In this document: positions 24,801 through 38,397 of the stretch, in pieces
Numbering within the stretch: position 1 is the stretch's first letter
Layout: each line of letters starts with the position of its first letter
NCBI GenBank assembly: GCA_964187785.1
Contig: OZ076410.1
Location: 67,146,001 to 67,210,000, forward strand
Length of the DNA stretch: 64,000 nt
Direction of reading: 5' to 3'
DNA from: Amphiscolops sp. MND2022
Lineage: Eukaryota
Made by a program: the position numbers and the translations under genes
The notes under the pieces: model-generated
The model's database searches: none
What the model was told of the DNA's origin: nothing
Seen by the model: only the letters and a program-made list of their open reading frames with translations

Positions 24801-27800
24801 GATAATTACCAGATGATGTCTTTGCACCGGCGTCAAAAGCGATTCTCAATTTTGTTGTTGTGTTGTCTGGTTCATGCACACAATGGTGTGGGAGATGATA
24901 ACATTTAGGATTGTCTAATTTTTTCGGGAACCTGTTCCATATGGTAAAGTTCGATGAATTCTTGTATGAAAGCAATGTAGTTCGTTGAGTTCCGGATCGG
25001 CATTTAGCTTGCGCTCGAGACTAAAGCGCTTGCTCTGCTAAGGCCTAGTTTAATGTCATTTGACCGAAACGGAAGTTGGACTACGAACCTGCCATCTGGC
25101 TTCTGAATAGTTGTGCCATTAAAATGTTTTTCAGAGGCTGCTTCTGTAGTCAAATGTTTCTTCATTGGAACTTTCTCTAATTCCCAAAATTTCGATAGGA
25201 GATCATCCGTGCTCTCCGGAGACTACAGAAACATTGCTACTAATGGTATAGTCTAATGGGTTACTTAGTTCTTTGATGGGACCAGATACTACCCAACCCA
25301 AAAGTGATTCTCGAATTACAGCTCCATTGTCTCGAATTCGATTTTCCAGTGAAATGTCTTTGAGGACGTCAGCGCCAAGAAGAATGTCAATTTTCCCCCA
25401 CACGTTGAAAGTTGGATCTGCTAAGGGAGGGTTTTCACATATTTCAATTGCGAAATTTCGATGTTTCACTTCCCATTCCAGTAAATGAGTTCCCAGATTA
25501 GCCAACTGCCATTGCTTGCGAGACTCACCATCAAGCCTTTCATTGACTCGCGGGATTGCCTTTTGATCTTTTGGATTATCCGGCTAGGTCTCTCAAATGT
25601 TCGTTGGCTGTTTCTAAATGTTTCGCAAACCAAAGGCAAATTCATTTCGCATGGGCTATTGCGTCCAAATGGCTTTCAGATGCTCTTGTTGCTTGTTTTC
25701 ATAGCGTTTATGAAGAAATTTCATGGCTAATCCATAGTTAGCATCCGTTATTTTGACACATGCTATCGGCTTGGCAGCATCGCCAACCAAGCAGACTTTT
25801 AAAATTTCAACTTTTCAGAAGAGCTCAATCGATTGTTGCCATCAACTGATGCTTTGAACAGATCAATGAATGGAATCTATTCAGTATACAACACAGTGGA
25901 ACTGGGTAAATGAAGTTTAGGCAGTCTCATTTTGCTGCTAGAAGCTGAATTTGAAGAACTTGGGGTTTCTGCGTTGCTTTTAATAAAAATAGGCCCCAAC
26001 GGGGCACATTACTATTTGTTTTAATCATTAATCATTGTTATTACACTGCTTTGTTTTAAAACCAAGACCATTTTGTTTTTAATAACAAAGGTATAATTCA
26101 GTGTTTTTTAAATAGAATCATATCTGGAATACCAATACAGTGTTTAATCATTATTTAGCACACAATTAATCACTGTACAAGTTTACACCGCCTTTAATTC
26201 TTCTCGGAGTAACGAAAATATAACTACTAAGCGTAGACGAAGTTTCGCATTCGCATTTGAATGCAGGCGAAGCTCTCCGAGAACGAATAATTAACACTCA
26301 TTTGCTTCATCTCAACGACGTCAGCGTACGAATGCATAATTACCACTCGCTCGTTCCATCGCACGAGTATTGAAATGTCGTCGGCAGCTTGAGAAATTTA
26401 ATTCTCACGCTTACAGTCACTGCCGAACAAGTATCTGAATTATTCAGTATCGTGCGAAGAAATGTACTGAAAAAAAGTATAACGTCTTGAGATTTCAATA
26501 TTACTCCTGCTACCGCAGAAATAATAATTAGCTATTAGTGCTTCGCAACGAGCAATAATGACAATAACTTTTTTCATCAAACAACAAGTTGGTTTCAATT
26601 TCGGTAGCTAATTCGTTTTCATCGTCGATAAGCAATTCAATTTCAGCATCATAGCGACGTACTATTTGAGATTAACTTTTCAAGGTTGAGAGCACACCTT
26701 CAGACCAAAAGTTGATCCTGACTGATGAGAGGCCGTCCTAATGTGAGATTAATTTTGTAAAAGCATTCTTACGCGCAGCTCTTATCCTTACTAGCTTCTG
26801 TACATCCTGTCTGGGATTGGTTTCTCGGGATGCTTCTCCAAGAGTTTGTTCAGATTCATCCATCTTTTTAGAAACACACAATTGAGATAAAAACTGGAAA
26901 CGTTTCTTTATTGTAGTTTTGAAGATCCGAGTAGATTTTAATTAGCAACGATTGAGTGAATTAAATTTTAGTTTTTCGAAAAATTTAGAAGTTTTCTCTT
27001 ACTCAGTAACACCCAAGAAGTCACAAAAAAAGTTTTCTCGATCATTACGATACATATGCCGCAAGTGTGGAATTTATCATCAATGGTAAAGTGTAATTTC
27101 CGTAAAATGAGAGCGAACCGTATTCTAGTCAAACAGTGCATCGTGTTCACTGAGCGTAATTAGAGAAAAGTGGAAACCAGTAAAGAATTTTGGTACACAC
27201 CGTGAGTAAAAAAACTCCAAACGACGCTTCCATTCGTGTGTGAAATGGAAACCACTCGAAGTACGTAATTGTAGAGAGTGTAAAGTAGTCATTTACTGTA
27301 TTTTGATCACTGCGTGTAATCAAAACTCGTAACACATCTGAAATAAGAACGAGTTTTCATTGGCTGTTAATCGAATTAGCAAGATCTTGCTAGTTCGTTG
27401 CGGCATATGTATCGTAATGATTTTTTTCTCATTTAAAATCCTCACTTCCAAGTTTACTTCTGCTGTTTCTTTCTCCGCCTTTGATACAAAATTTTTCTCA
27501 CTTTCGATCGGTTACGCCTGAGCAATTGAGACAAGTTTTTCTTGTCGTAAGAATTTGAAGGTGCAGCTCAATAAATTCTTCAGGATGTAATCGCAAAAGC
27601 TCCCGGGAAATTCTCTGATTTTTTCTTGCGGTTGCATAGAAGGTGTTGTCTAGGATTGATTGTCCAATTAAATCCAATTTTTTGAATGAAAGGAGTTTCA
27701 ATGTGTTGATTGTACACAAGCGCTGATATTTGTTTCCGGAAAGGTTCAAGAACTTCCAGTAACTTTTCAGGTGTTGTTCGTTGATTTCCGTTGTTGTTCG

Positions 27801-28637
27801 TTTGCGGAGAAGGAGAATTATTGAGGAGGTCGTGCCAAATCACGATGTTACTTCGGTTTTTGAAACTTAGTCAGTTGTTGTAACTTTTTTTTAGGTTTTT
27901 GGCCGGTTTGTAGGGTGCAAACTAAGACCTGGGACTGCAAAAAATTTTGCCTTGAATGGTTTTTCGTAATGTAGCGGGTGCTTTGTCAACGGTTCTTCTT
28001 GGAGAACTAGCTCCTATCACATAAACCATCAATTGAATTTGTTTTTTGAAAGACTCGCAATTTTGTGTTCCACTGTTTTTGTCAAATTTTATCGTACCCA
28101 AACTGTAAAGGGGTACACTAAACTTTTAGATTGACGATCTTCTGTTGATGTTGTCGGAGTCGGCGGACCACTTTGTCAACGACAATCCTGGTATAACTTG
28201 GAATCTTTATCCTTTCTGTGGACCAGCTTGGCTTTCCAAGCAGATAGTTCTTCAGAAAAAAGTTTCAGTGAATTCAGAGAATGAGGGGTAAAGGATATGA
28301 AGTAGCTCCTTTCGCTGACTAACTGTGGCTATGATTCGGCATGAAGCGGGAAGCACCGTCAAGAGAAAGCTCGAAAGCTTTGGAACATGTTATGTAAAGT
28401 ATCAGTTTTTAATTGGCGGAGAATTAACTTGGCCAGAAATTCCCAAATAAAAGCATTTAAAAATCAACTATATTATAATCAAGATACAACTCTAGATAAA
28501 TTATCAATCATTTGGCATTATATAGCATTCTTGCTGTTTTTGCTAGTTCAACAAGCTTTTGGATGAATTGAGAGCATTTGGGTTTCCATCTGCAAATTTC
28601 GTTGTAAAAAATTTACTATTTGTGACATGCTGAAACT
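21808..28637 (-). mobile_element. BEL/Pao LTR retrotransposon copy A, internally deleted and decayed
   Basis: LTRs at about 21808-22290 and 28174-28637. PBS TGGTCCGCCGAC (about 28170-28159). Gag start (LVRIRAARKNAF, about 26790) and gag RLPKLHLP (about 25920). DUF1758-like PLADPTFNVWGKIDILLGAD, RT start YHLPHHCV..TTKLRIAFDAG, RNase H-like NPSDPASRG, integrase (SKAVHLE, SDNGSNFQG) and C-terminal KWPLARV...RPVNKL. Confidence 0.9.
25985..26528 (-). mobile_element. Family A HINE-like copy inserted in gag of BEL copy A
   Basis: Family A ends (ggccccaacggggc hairpin; ctgctaccgcagaaata) interrupt gag-like sequence on both sides. Confidence 0.7.
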
Positions 28638-29947
28638 AACTACTAACCGTAGACGAAGTTTCGCATTCGCATTTGAATGCAATGTATTTCGTTGAGTTCC
28701 GGATCGGCCTTTAGCTTGCTCTCAAGACTAAAACGCTTCGAAGCGCTTGCTCTGCTAAGGGCTAGTTTGATGTTATTTGACCGAAACGGAAGTTGGACTA
28801 CCAACCTGCCATCTGGCTTCTGAATAGTTGTCATTGAAGTGTTTTTCACAGGTTGCTTCTGTAGTCAACTGTTTCTTCATTGGAACGTTCTCTAATTCCC
28901 AAAATTTTAATAGGAGATCATCCGTGCTCTCCGGAGAGACTACAGAAACATTGCTACTAATGGTATTTCAATGTGTTGCTTAGTTCTTTGATGGGACCAG
29001 ATGCTAACCAACCAAAAAGTGATTCTCGAATTACAGCTCCATTGTCTCGAATTCGATTTTCCAGTGAAATGTCTTTGAGGACGTCAGCGCCAAGAAGAAT
29101 GTCAATTTTGCCCCACACGTTGAAAGTTGGGTCTGCTAAAGGGAGGGTTTTCACATATTTCAATTGCGAAATATCGAAGTTTCACTGGCAAAGTATTCGT
29201 AAATTTAAGAATAATGCGCAGACTAGTGTCAATAGTCTGATTCAGCCGGGTGAAATTTTTAAGGCCTTTGCGGCACCTAGTGGACTGATTGGCGTTTGCG
29301 TCCGGATTATTTTCAACATCAAGGCTCTCGCGTTGGACTCTATAATGAAACTAGCATGTGACCCAGAATCAAGAAGTGCGCGCATTTGGATACCTTTTCC
29401 TGATCAGTCTCGAATTTTTACCACCGCCTGAGAGGAGAACCATCGTTGAGGGAAGAACGTTGCTGGCTTTGTGGCCTTCGCGAAAAAGCCTTCATCGGGT
29501 TGATTCCCTTGCGTTTCGTTGCAATTTGGGTTCACGTCACTTGTGGACGTTGTGCCCAAATTATACTGAACATCCTTTTTCGACACGAACTATTGAGTTT
29601 ATACCGTGGATAGCTTTTCACGATTTAATAACAAATGATGCTTCAACTTACATTCTCTGCAAGTGAATTTTGAACATGCACCAACATTATGACCTGGATG
29701 GAGACCGTTGAAAAATAGTTTTTGTCCTGCAAATTTTTGTTGATCAATGGCAGAAAATTTCAGAAACAATGGCAAGATGACAATTTATGACTTTCTTTAC
29801 AAGTATCACCACATACACTGACGACGGTGTTTGATTGAATGGGCTTTGGATTCGACTGGGCTTTCGAGGAAGTCGGATTTTGGGTGGGTTCTTTAACAGC
29901 ACCCATTTCAAGGGCACGACTTCGTGTGTCCAAAAATTTTGCCAAGT

Positions 29948-30577
29948 CTTCCCATTCCAGTAAATGAGTTCCCAGATTAGCCAACTGCCATTGCTTGCGA
30001 GACTCTATTGGTATAGTCTAATGAGTTACTTAGTTCTTTGATGGGACCAGATACTGCCCAACCAAAAAGTGATTCTCGAATTACAGCTCCATTGTCTCGA
30101 ATTCGATTTTCCAGTAAAATGTCTTTGAGGACGTCAGCGCCAATAAGAATGTCAATTTTCCCCACACGTTGAAAGTTGGGTCTGCTAAAGGGAGGGTTTT
30201 CACATATTTCAATTGCGAAATATCGATGTTTCACTTCCCATTCCAGTAAATGAGTTCCCAGATTAGCCAACTGCCATTGCTTGCGAGACTCTATTGGTAT
30301 AGTCTAATGAGTTACTTAGTTCTTTGATGGGACCAGATACTACCCAACCAAAAAGTGATTCTCGAATTACAGCTCCATTGTCTCGAATTCGATTTTCCAG
30401 TAAAATGTCTTTGAGGACGTCAGCGCCAATAAGAATGTCAATTTTCCCCACACGTTGAAAGTTGGGTCTGCTAAAGGGAGGGTTTTCACATATTTCAATT
30501 GCGAAATATCGATGTTTCACTTCCCATTCCAGTAAATGAGTTCCCAGATTAGCCAACTGCCATTGCTTGCGAGACTC
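29948..30577. repeat. 286-bp tandem repeat (about 2.2 units) inside BEL copy B
   Basis: cttcccattccagtaaatgag starts at 29948, 30234 and 30520; ORFs 29977-30270 and 30263-30556 are near-identical. Confidence 0.92.
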
Positions 30578-31024
30578 ACCATCAAGCCTTTCATTGACTC
30601 GCGGTTTTGCCTTTTGATCTTTTGGATTATTCGGCTAGGTCTCTCAAATGTTCGTTGGCTGTTTCTAAATGTTTTGCAAACCAACGGCAAATTCAATTCG
30701 CATGGGCTATTGCGTCCAAATGGCTTTCAGATGCTCTTGTTGCTTGTTTTCATAGCGTTAATGAAGAAATTTCATGGCTATTCCATAGTTAGCATCCGTT
30801 ATTTTGACACATGCTATCAGCTTGGCAGCATCGCCAACCAAGCAGACTTTCAAATATTCAACTTTTCAGAACAGCTCAATCGATTGTTGCCATCGACTGA
30901 TGCTTTGAACAGATCAATGAATGACATCTATTCAGTATTTAACACAGTGGAACTCAACGCAGTCTCATTTTGCTGCTAGAAGCTGAATTTGAAGAACTTG
31001 GCGTTTCTTCCATGCTCTTTTTGT

Positions 31025-31566
31025 AAAAATAGTCCCCTCCGCGGCACATTACTATTTCTGCTTTAAGCTTTCATCAAATTATCACACTGCTTTGTTTTAA
31101 AACAAAGATGATTCTGTTTTTAACAAAGGTATAATTCAGTGTTTTTTAATAGAATCATATCTGGAATACCATTACAGTGTTTATTCATTATTTAGCACAC
31201 GATTAATCACTGTACAAGTTTACACCGCCTTTAATTCTTCTCGGACTAACGAAAATATAACTACTAAGCGTAGAGGAAGTTTCGCATTCGCATTTGAAGG
31301 CAGGCGAAGCTCTCCGAGAACGAATAATTAACACTCATTCGCTTCATCTCAACGACGTCAGCGTACGAATGCATAATTACCACTCGCTCGTTCCATCGCA
31401 CGAGTATTGAAATGTCGTCGGCAGCTTGAGAAATTTAATTCTCACGCTTACAGTCACTGCCGAACAAATATCTGAATTATTCAGTATCGTGCGAAGAAAT
31501 GTACTGAAAAAAAGTATAACGTCTTGAGATTTCAATATTATTCCTGCTATCGCAGAAATAATAATT
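31025..31566 (-). mobile_element. Family A HINE-like copy in gag of BEL copy B
   Basis: Same position and flanks as 25985-26528. Confidence 0.7.
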
Positions 31567-33962
31567 AGCTATTAGTGCTTCGCAACGAGCGATAGTGACA
31601 CTAACTTTTTTAAATCAAACAACAAGTTGGTTTCAATTTCGGTAGCTAATTCGTTTTCATCGTCGATAAGTAATTCAATTTCAGCATCATAGCGACGTAC
31701 TATTTGAGATTAACTTTTCAAGGTCGAGAGGACACCTTCAGACCAAAAGTTGATCCTGACTGACGATAGGCCGTCCTAATGTGAGATTAATCGTTGGCTC
31801 GAATTTTGTAAAAGCACTCTTATGCGCACCTCTTATTCTTACTAGCTTCGGTACATCCTGTCTGGAATTGGTTTCTAGGGATGCTTCCCCTAGAGTTTGT
31901 TTAGAATCATCCGTCTTTTTAGAAACACAGAATTGAGATAAAAACTGGAAACGTTTCTTTATTGTAGTTTTGAAGAGCCGAGTAGATTTTAAGTAGCAAC
32001 GATTGAGTGAATTAAATTTTGAAATATTTAAAAGTTTTCTCTTACTCAGCAACAATCGGACGAGATAACACCCAAAAAGCCAAAGAGTATAATTTTACTG
32101 GAATATTACGTTACATATGCCGCAAGTGGAATTTATCATCAAGTGTAAAGTGTATTTTCCGTAAAATGAGAACGAACCGTATTCTAGTCAAGCAGTGCAT
32201 CGGGTTCATCGCAGATTGTGATGCACAGTGTAATCAGAAAATGTGGATTGTAATCATTGAGCGTAATTAGAGAAAAAAGGAAACCAGTGATAAATTTTGG
32301 TACACACCGTGAGTAAAACTTTAAACGATGCTTCCATTCGTGTGTGAAGTGGAAACGAGTCGAAGTACGTAATTGTAGAGAGTGTAAAGTAGTCATTTAC
32401 TGTATTTTGATCACTACGCGTAATCAAAACTAAAAACGCGTAACTGAAATAAGAACGCGTCTTTATTGGCTGTTAATCGAACTAGAAATATCTTGTTAGT
32501 TCGTTGCGGCATATGTAACGTAGTGAATTTTTTTTTCTGATTTAAAATCCTCACTTCAAAGTTTACTTCTGCTGTTTCTTTCTCCGCCTTTGAGACAAAT
32601 TTTTTCTCACTTTCGATCGGTAACGCCTGAGCAAATGACACAAGTTTCTTTCGTGTCGTAAGATAATTTGAAGGTGTAGCTCAATAAATTCTTTAGGATG
32701 TAATCGCAAAAGCTCCCGGGAAATTCTCTAATTCTTCTTGCGGTTGCATAGGTGTTGTCTAGGATTGATTGTCCAATTGATCAAAAATTTTTCGAATGAA
32801 AGGACTTCCAATGCGTTGATTGTACACAAGCGCTGATACTTGTTTCCGAAATGGTCCAACAATTTCCAGTAATTTTTCAGGCGTTGTTCGTTGATTTCCG
32901 TTGCTTTTTGCGGAGGAGAATTATTTAGGAGGTCGTGCCAGAATACGATGTTACTTCGGTTTTTGAACCTTGTTGTCAGAAGATGTAACTTTTAGGTTTT
33001 TGGCGGTAGGATGCAAACTAAGACCTGGGACTGCAAAAATTTTGCCTAGAATGGTTTTTCGTAATGTAGTGGGTTTTTTGTCAACGGCTCTTCGTGGAGA
33101 ACTAGCTCCAATCGCATAAACCATCAATTCAATTTATTTTGTCAAAGACTCGCAATTTTGTGTTTCACTGTTTTTGTCTATTTTTTCGTACCCAAACTGT
33201 AAAGGGGTACTAAAATTTTGGATTGACGATCTCCTGTTGATGTTGTCGGGGTCGGCGGACCACTTAGTCAACGACGATCCTGGTGTAACTTCGAATCTTT
33301 ATCCTTTCGGTGGACCAGCTTGGCTTTCCAAGCAGATAGTTCTTCAGAAAAAAGTTTCAGTGAATTCAGAGAATGAGGGGTAAAGGATTATGAAGTAGCT
33401 CCTTTGGCTGAGTAACTGTGGCTATGATTCGGCATACCGGGAAAGCACCGTCGAAAGAAAGCTCGAAAGCTTTGGAATGTGTTATGTAACGTATCAGTTT
33501 TTAATTGGCGGAGAAATAACTTGGGCAGAAATTCCCAAATATAATCAATTAAAAATCAATTATATCATAATCAAGATATAACTGCAGATAAATTATCAAT
33601 CATTTGGCATTATATAGCATTTTTGCTATTTTTGCTAGTTTCACAAGCTTTCCGATGAATGTAGAGCATTTGGGTTTTTATCTAAAAATTCGTTGTTAAA
33701 GAAATTACTATTTGTGACATGCTCAAACATACCACCAGCCTTGATTCAATTGAATCAACACAAGAAAGCAAAGTGATTAGTTTCAACTAAAATAAAGTAT
33801 TTTTTGAAAGACGGGTGAGACATAAGAGAGGGGAAGTTTTTCGAGTTTGTTGACAGGACGATTGTATTCGGGTTTTTTATATTTGGGTTTTTATCTAAAA
33901 ATTTCGTTGTTGAAAATTTACTATTTGCATCCGAGTGCATCAACAAAGACTTCTACCCAACT

Positions 33963-34750
33963 GTGGATCAACTGGTTTCTTCGGAGGACAACGTGGTCAA
34001 CAAGCTTTATGGACTGATGCCAAAGAACAGTCCCATGTGCCTCCTCCGGGAGACTGTGTCTCAACTGCGAGCAGCTACGAGAGAAAAAGAAAAGGCAAAA
34101 GATGAGTCATTAGCTTCATTTATTGAAGAAAAATTTGAAGCTCTTGAAGAAAAATTTGAAAACAAGATAAACCATCTAGCACAGGCAAATAGAGACGCCG
34201 AAGTTGTCAAAAACTCATGGGCACAGATTGCTGAAACTGCAAACAACACACCTATTGATTTCAGACTCGTAGTAAAAGAAGCACTTGAGACCCAAAAGAA
34301 AGAAGAAGCAGAGAAAGACCAACGTGAAATGAGCCTCATTATCTACAGGGCAGAAGAAAGCACCGAAAATGACGGAGAAAAACGCAAGCAACACGACAAG
34401 AAATTTTTTAACGATATGTGCGTCGATGCCCTGGGCATAGGCGAGGTTAAAACGAAAGATATACGCCGCCTCGGTAAGCTCGAAAAAGGCAAGACAAGGC
34501 CTCTCAGGATCACTTTCGAGACCAAAAGAGGAAAGGAACTTGTTATCGGAAATGCCAAGAAACTAGCGCATGCAGAATCTTACTTCAAAAACACGAGTAT
34601 CAGCTATGACTACTCAAAAGAAGAAGGCGACAAAATCAAAGAAAAGGTAGAAGAAGCCAAAGAAATGCAAAAAATGATTTAAACTGGGTCTACAAGGTGC
34701 GAGGCCCACCATGGGACCTGAAAATCAAAAAGTTCCAAAAGCACCAGTGA
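33963..34750 (+). pseudogene. LINE ORF1 (coiled-coil plus RRM-like region), single -1 frameshift near the C-terminus
   Basis: LIIYRAEES...IRRLGK..RPLRITF...SISYDYSKEE. Restoring one A in the run near 34668-34674 gives NDLNWVYKVRGPPWDLKIKKFQKHQ* ending at 34750. Confidence 0.8.
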
Positions 34751-37641
34751 AAATCAAACAACAAAAACTCAACTGCTTCTACACAAATGCAGATCAGCTG
34801 AGAAATAAAATGTCAGAATTAACCTTGAGAGTGAGAAATGAGAAACCAATGGTTGTCGGAGTTACCGAAGTCAAACCTAAGAATCACAATGTTATCGGCT
34901 CTGAAAAACAACTTCCACCAGAAGAATAGTCAATTGAAAACTACGAAATGTTTCACAAGAACTTGGACAACAACACAGGAAGAGGTATGGCACTGTATAT
35001 AAACAAAGCCCTAAAAGCTGACGAAGTGGTTTTGAACACGAAGTTCGAAGAATTCATCAGTGTCGAAGTACCCCTGGTGAATGATGACAAACTGCTCATA
35101 GTACAAATATACCGATCAGACGGTGGAACCAAAGAAAACAATGGATTTCTCATAGACCTAATCAGTGAAGCTTGTTGCCTACAGTACTCACATTTACTTA
35201 TCATGGGCGACTTCAACTATCCCAAAATCGACTGGCAACTCCAATATGCTCCAGGTGAAAATTCTGAAGAAAACAATTTCATTGCATGTATTGAAGATAA
35301 CTATCTTGTCCAACATCTAGATGAACCAACTCGATTTAGAGGAGATGATGAACCCCACATAATAGACCTCATTTTCTCACAAGACGAAAACATCTCAGAC
35401 ATTGAATACCAAAGTCCCCTTGGTAAAAGCGATCACGCTGTCGTGAAATTTAACTACCATTGCTATTCTATTTCAAGAGAAAGACAGTATACAAGATTGT
35501 GCTACGACAAAGTTGATTATGATGCGATGAAAGAGAAGGCTAGAAAAATAGACTGGGAAAGTGAACTACATAACGAGATGAACACTGAGCAGATGTGGGA
35601 CGTTTTTCACAGTAAAGTAAAGCACCTTGAAGACGAATTTGTGCCGAAAAAGACCGTCAAAACGGGTAACATAAAAAACCATTCCTTCAAACTTGATGAA
35701 AATACGAGAAATTTGATTAAAAAGAAGCATGCTCTGTCAAGAAAACTGGTAGCCAACCATATGAACCAAGAAGTGAGGAAAGAATACAACAAGATTAGAA
35801 ACAAAGTAAAAAGTACAATTAAAAAGCTCAAAAAACACTTTGAAACGGAACTTGTCAAGAAAGCGAAACAAAACCCAAAGGCGATATGGAGATACATACA
35901 TTCAAAAAGCAAGACCGGGTCACAAATAGGCAAACTTCACATCGACCCAGATAACACCAAAACAGCCACCACCGACGATGATAAGGAGAAGGCAAAAATT
36001 TTTTCAAAGTACTTCAAAAGTGTTTTCGTCAATGAGCCTTCAGAAGATATCCCAACGATAGAGACAAGGTTCACGGAACATGAGATGCCACCACTTTTAA
36101 TTACGAAGAACATGGTCACCAAAGTGCTTAGTAGTCTGAAAGTAGATAAATCACCGGGACTGGACGAAATGCACCCCAAAATACTGAAGGAGTTACAAGA
36201 AGAAATAGCCGATGGCCTAACAATTATCTTCAACAAGTCGCTAACAAGCAAAGAAATCCCTAGTGTATGGAAAAAAGCCAGAGTAGTAGCCATCTACAAG
36301 AAGAAAAACAAGAATCTCGCTTGCAATTACAGGCCTGTAAGCCTCACATCAATTGTGTGCAAGGTGATGGAAACAGTTGTCAGAGACCACATAGTAGAAT
36401 ATATGAAAAGTGAAAACTTGTTTTCAAATAGACAATACGGGTTCATAAGCGGAAGAAGCACTACTCTACAGCTATTAGCAGTACTAGACGCCTGGACCGA
36501 AGCAATTGATGCTGGGCACTCCGTAGACGTCATATATTTGGACTTTCGCAAAGCATTTGACACAGTACCTCATCGCCGACTCATCGGAAAACTGAAAGCA
36601 TATCATATCAATGACTCATTAATTGAATGGATCGAGTGCTTTTTAAGTGACAGGCAACAAATGGTTACGGTGAATGGACAACACTCTGAATGGCAAGAAG
36701 TCCTATCGGGCATCCCACAAGGTTCGGTGCTGGGACCAATATTATTCATAGTTTATATTAACGACCTCCCATTAAGCCTAAAATCAAGTGAAGGTTTCAT
36801 GTTTGCAGACGACACGAAGCTATACAAAACAATCGTGAAATCTGAACACCAAGCTGAAATGCAGGAGGATCTGTACAATTTGGAAAACTGGAGCGATACA
36901 TGGCTGCTCAGTTTCAATCTGGACAAATGTATCAAAATGCACATTGGACCAAATAAGAAATTATGTAACTACCAGCTCTGCGGGAATACTCTGAGCAATG
37001 TAAAAGAAGAAAAAGATATTGGGGTCACTATAGACGACGATCTCACATTCGAACCCCACATTCTGGAAATAGTGAAAAAAGCTAATAAGATGTGCGGTAT
37101 GATCAGAAGAAACTTTGAGTTCTTAGATGCAGAATTATTCCCGCTTCTATACAAAACCGTTGTTAGACCCCACCTGGAATACGCAGCACCGGTTTGGTCT
37201 CCCCGCAAAATTGAACTAATTAAAAAGATCGAAGGAGTACAGCGCAGAGCAACAAAATACATTCCAGGGATGTCAAACCTGACATACCCTGAGAGGCTGA
37301 AAAAACTAAAGCTGCCCACTCTAATGTACAGAAGACTACGCGGGGACCTCATAGAAGTGTATAAAATCATGAAACCAATTTACGACTCAACGGTTCGACC
37401 CGTACTGACTAAACAGAAAGATGTTGCTACCTACACTGGGCTTAGAGGATACACAACAAACCTGTACCCCAGACTTGGGCAGAAAGCTATCAGGAAACAA
37501 TCCTTCTCAATCAGAGTTGTGGAGCATTGGAATAGCCTTCCCATTGAGGTGCAAACATGCGACACAGTAAATTGTTTCAAAAACCGAATCGACGAAATAT
37601 ATATTAGCAAAGACATATACTACAACTTCCCACACCTATGA
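34711..37641 (+). CDS. LINE ORF2: APE endonuclease plus reverse transcriptase; one in-frame TAG at 34927-34929, 897-aa open frame from 34948
   Basis: APE motifs YTNAD, GVTEVK, MGDFNYP, SDH. RT motifs YRPVSLTS, QYGF, DFRKAFDTVPH, GIPQGSVLGP, FADD. Confidence 0.93.
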
Positions 37642-38397
37642 AATTGATCGTGCCGGAAGACCCCTTCAACTCAACTACACGTGTCGTGAGTTTGAGTTGC
37701 AACATTCAATCACACTCCAATGAAGAGTGATTGACATATAAGTCTTCAAAGTGATGGGCGTGATGTTCTAGCTTGCGGTTTTCAGGAGCTGCGGATAGAC
37801 GAGGCGCTTTTCCGTTTTCTGCAATCTCTGGTCGCCAAGAAAATATCCCTGCAACAAAAACGAAGGAGTCCATAAGTGGGCCCGAGAGGCCCAAATTGGA
37901 AAACTCTTTACCTTACCTTACCTTTACCTTATTTGTGACATGCTGAAACAATAACTACTAACCGTAGACGAAGTTTCGCATTCGCATTTGAATACAGGCG
38001 AAGCTCTCGGCGAACGAATAATTGAAACTCATTCGGTTTATCTCATCATCTCAATAACTCCGTGTATGAAACCATAATGTGCAGTGTCAAAAAACTACTT
38101 GGGGGATGGGGTTTAAAAATGAGCCGAGTTTCCAAGCCAGTTCTACTATCTTTCCTTTTCCACTTACCAAATTTGGCTTCCTTCCCATTCAGTTTGCCAA
38201 AACAAACTCTAATAAAGAGTTATCAGCGCTAACACTCGAGGAAAGATATGAAAATTGAGAGAATATATAGTTTGAATTAACAATGTTTTTGTTTTGGAGG
38301 CACCAGTAGCTGAATGGATCCACTGGCAGTGGTGGATAGTGTCCGACTTGCTTTTGTTGAAATGCAGCTGCTCCGCTCAAAGTCCGGATAAAAATAT

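Larger units (their letters stand above)
28681..33729 (-). mobile_element. BEL/Pao copy B: 5' LTR, gag, protease region and RT start
   Basis: LTR 33266-33729 and PBS TGGTCCGCCGAC (about 33262-33251). Paralogous to 24940-28637, including the same HINE insertion in gag (31025-31566). Keeps gag/protease sequence that copy A has deleted (29170-29950). Confidence 0.88.
33928..37929 (+). mobile_element. CR1-group LINE, probably 5'-truncated, inserted into a BEL LTR fragment
   Basis: TSD TATTTG (33922-33927 and 37930-37935) reconstitutes the LTR sequence actatttgtgacatgc. 3' tail of imperfect (TTACC)n at about 37907-37929. Two ORFs. Confidence 0.95.
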
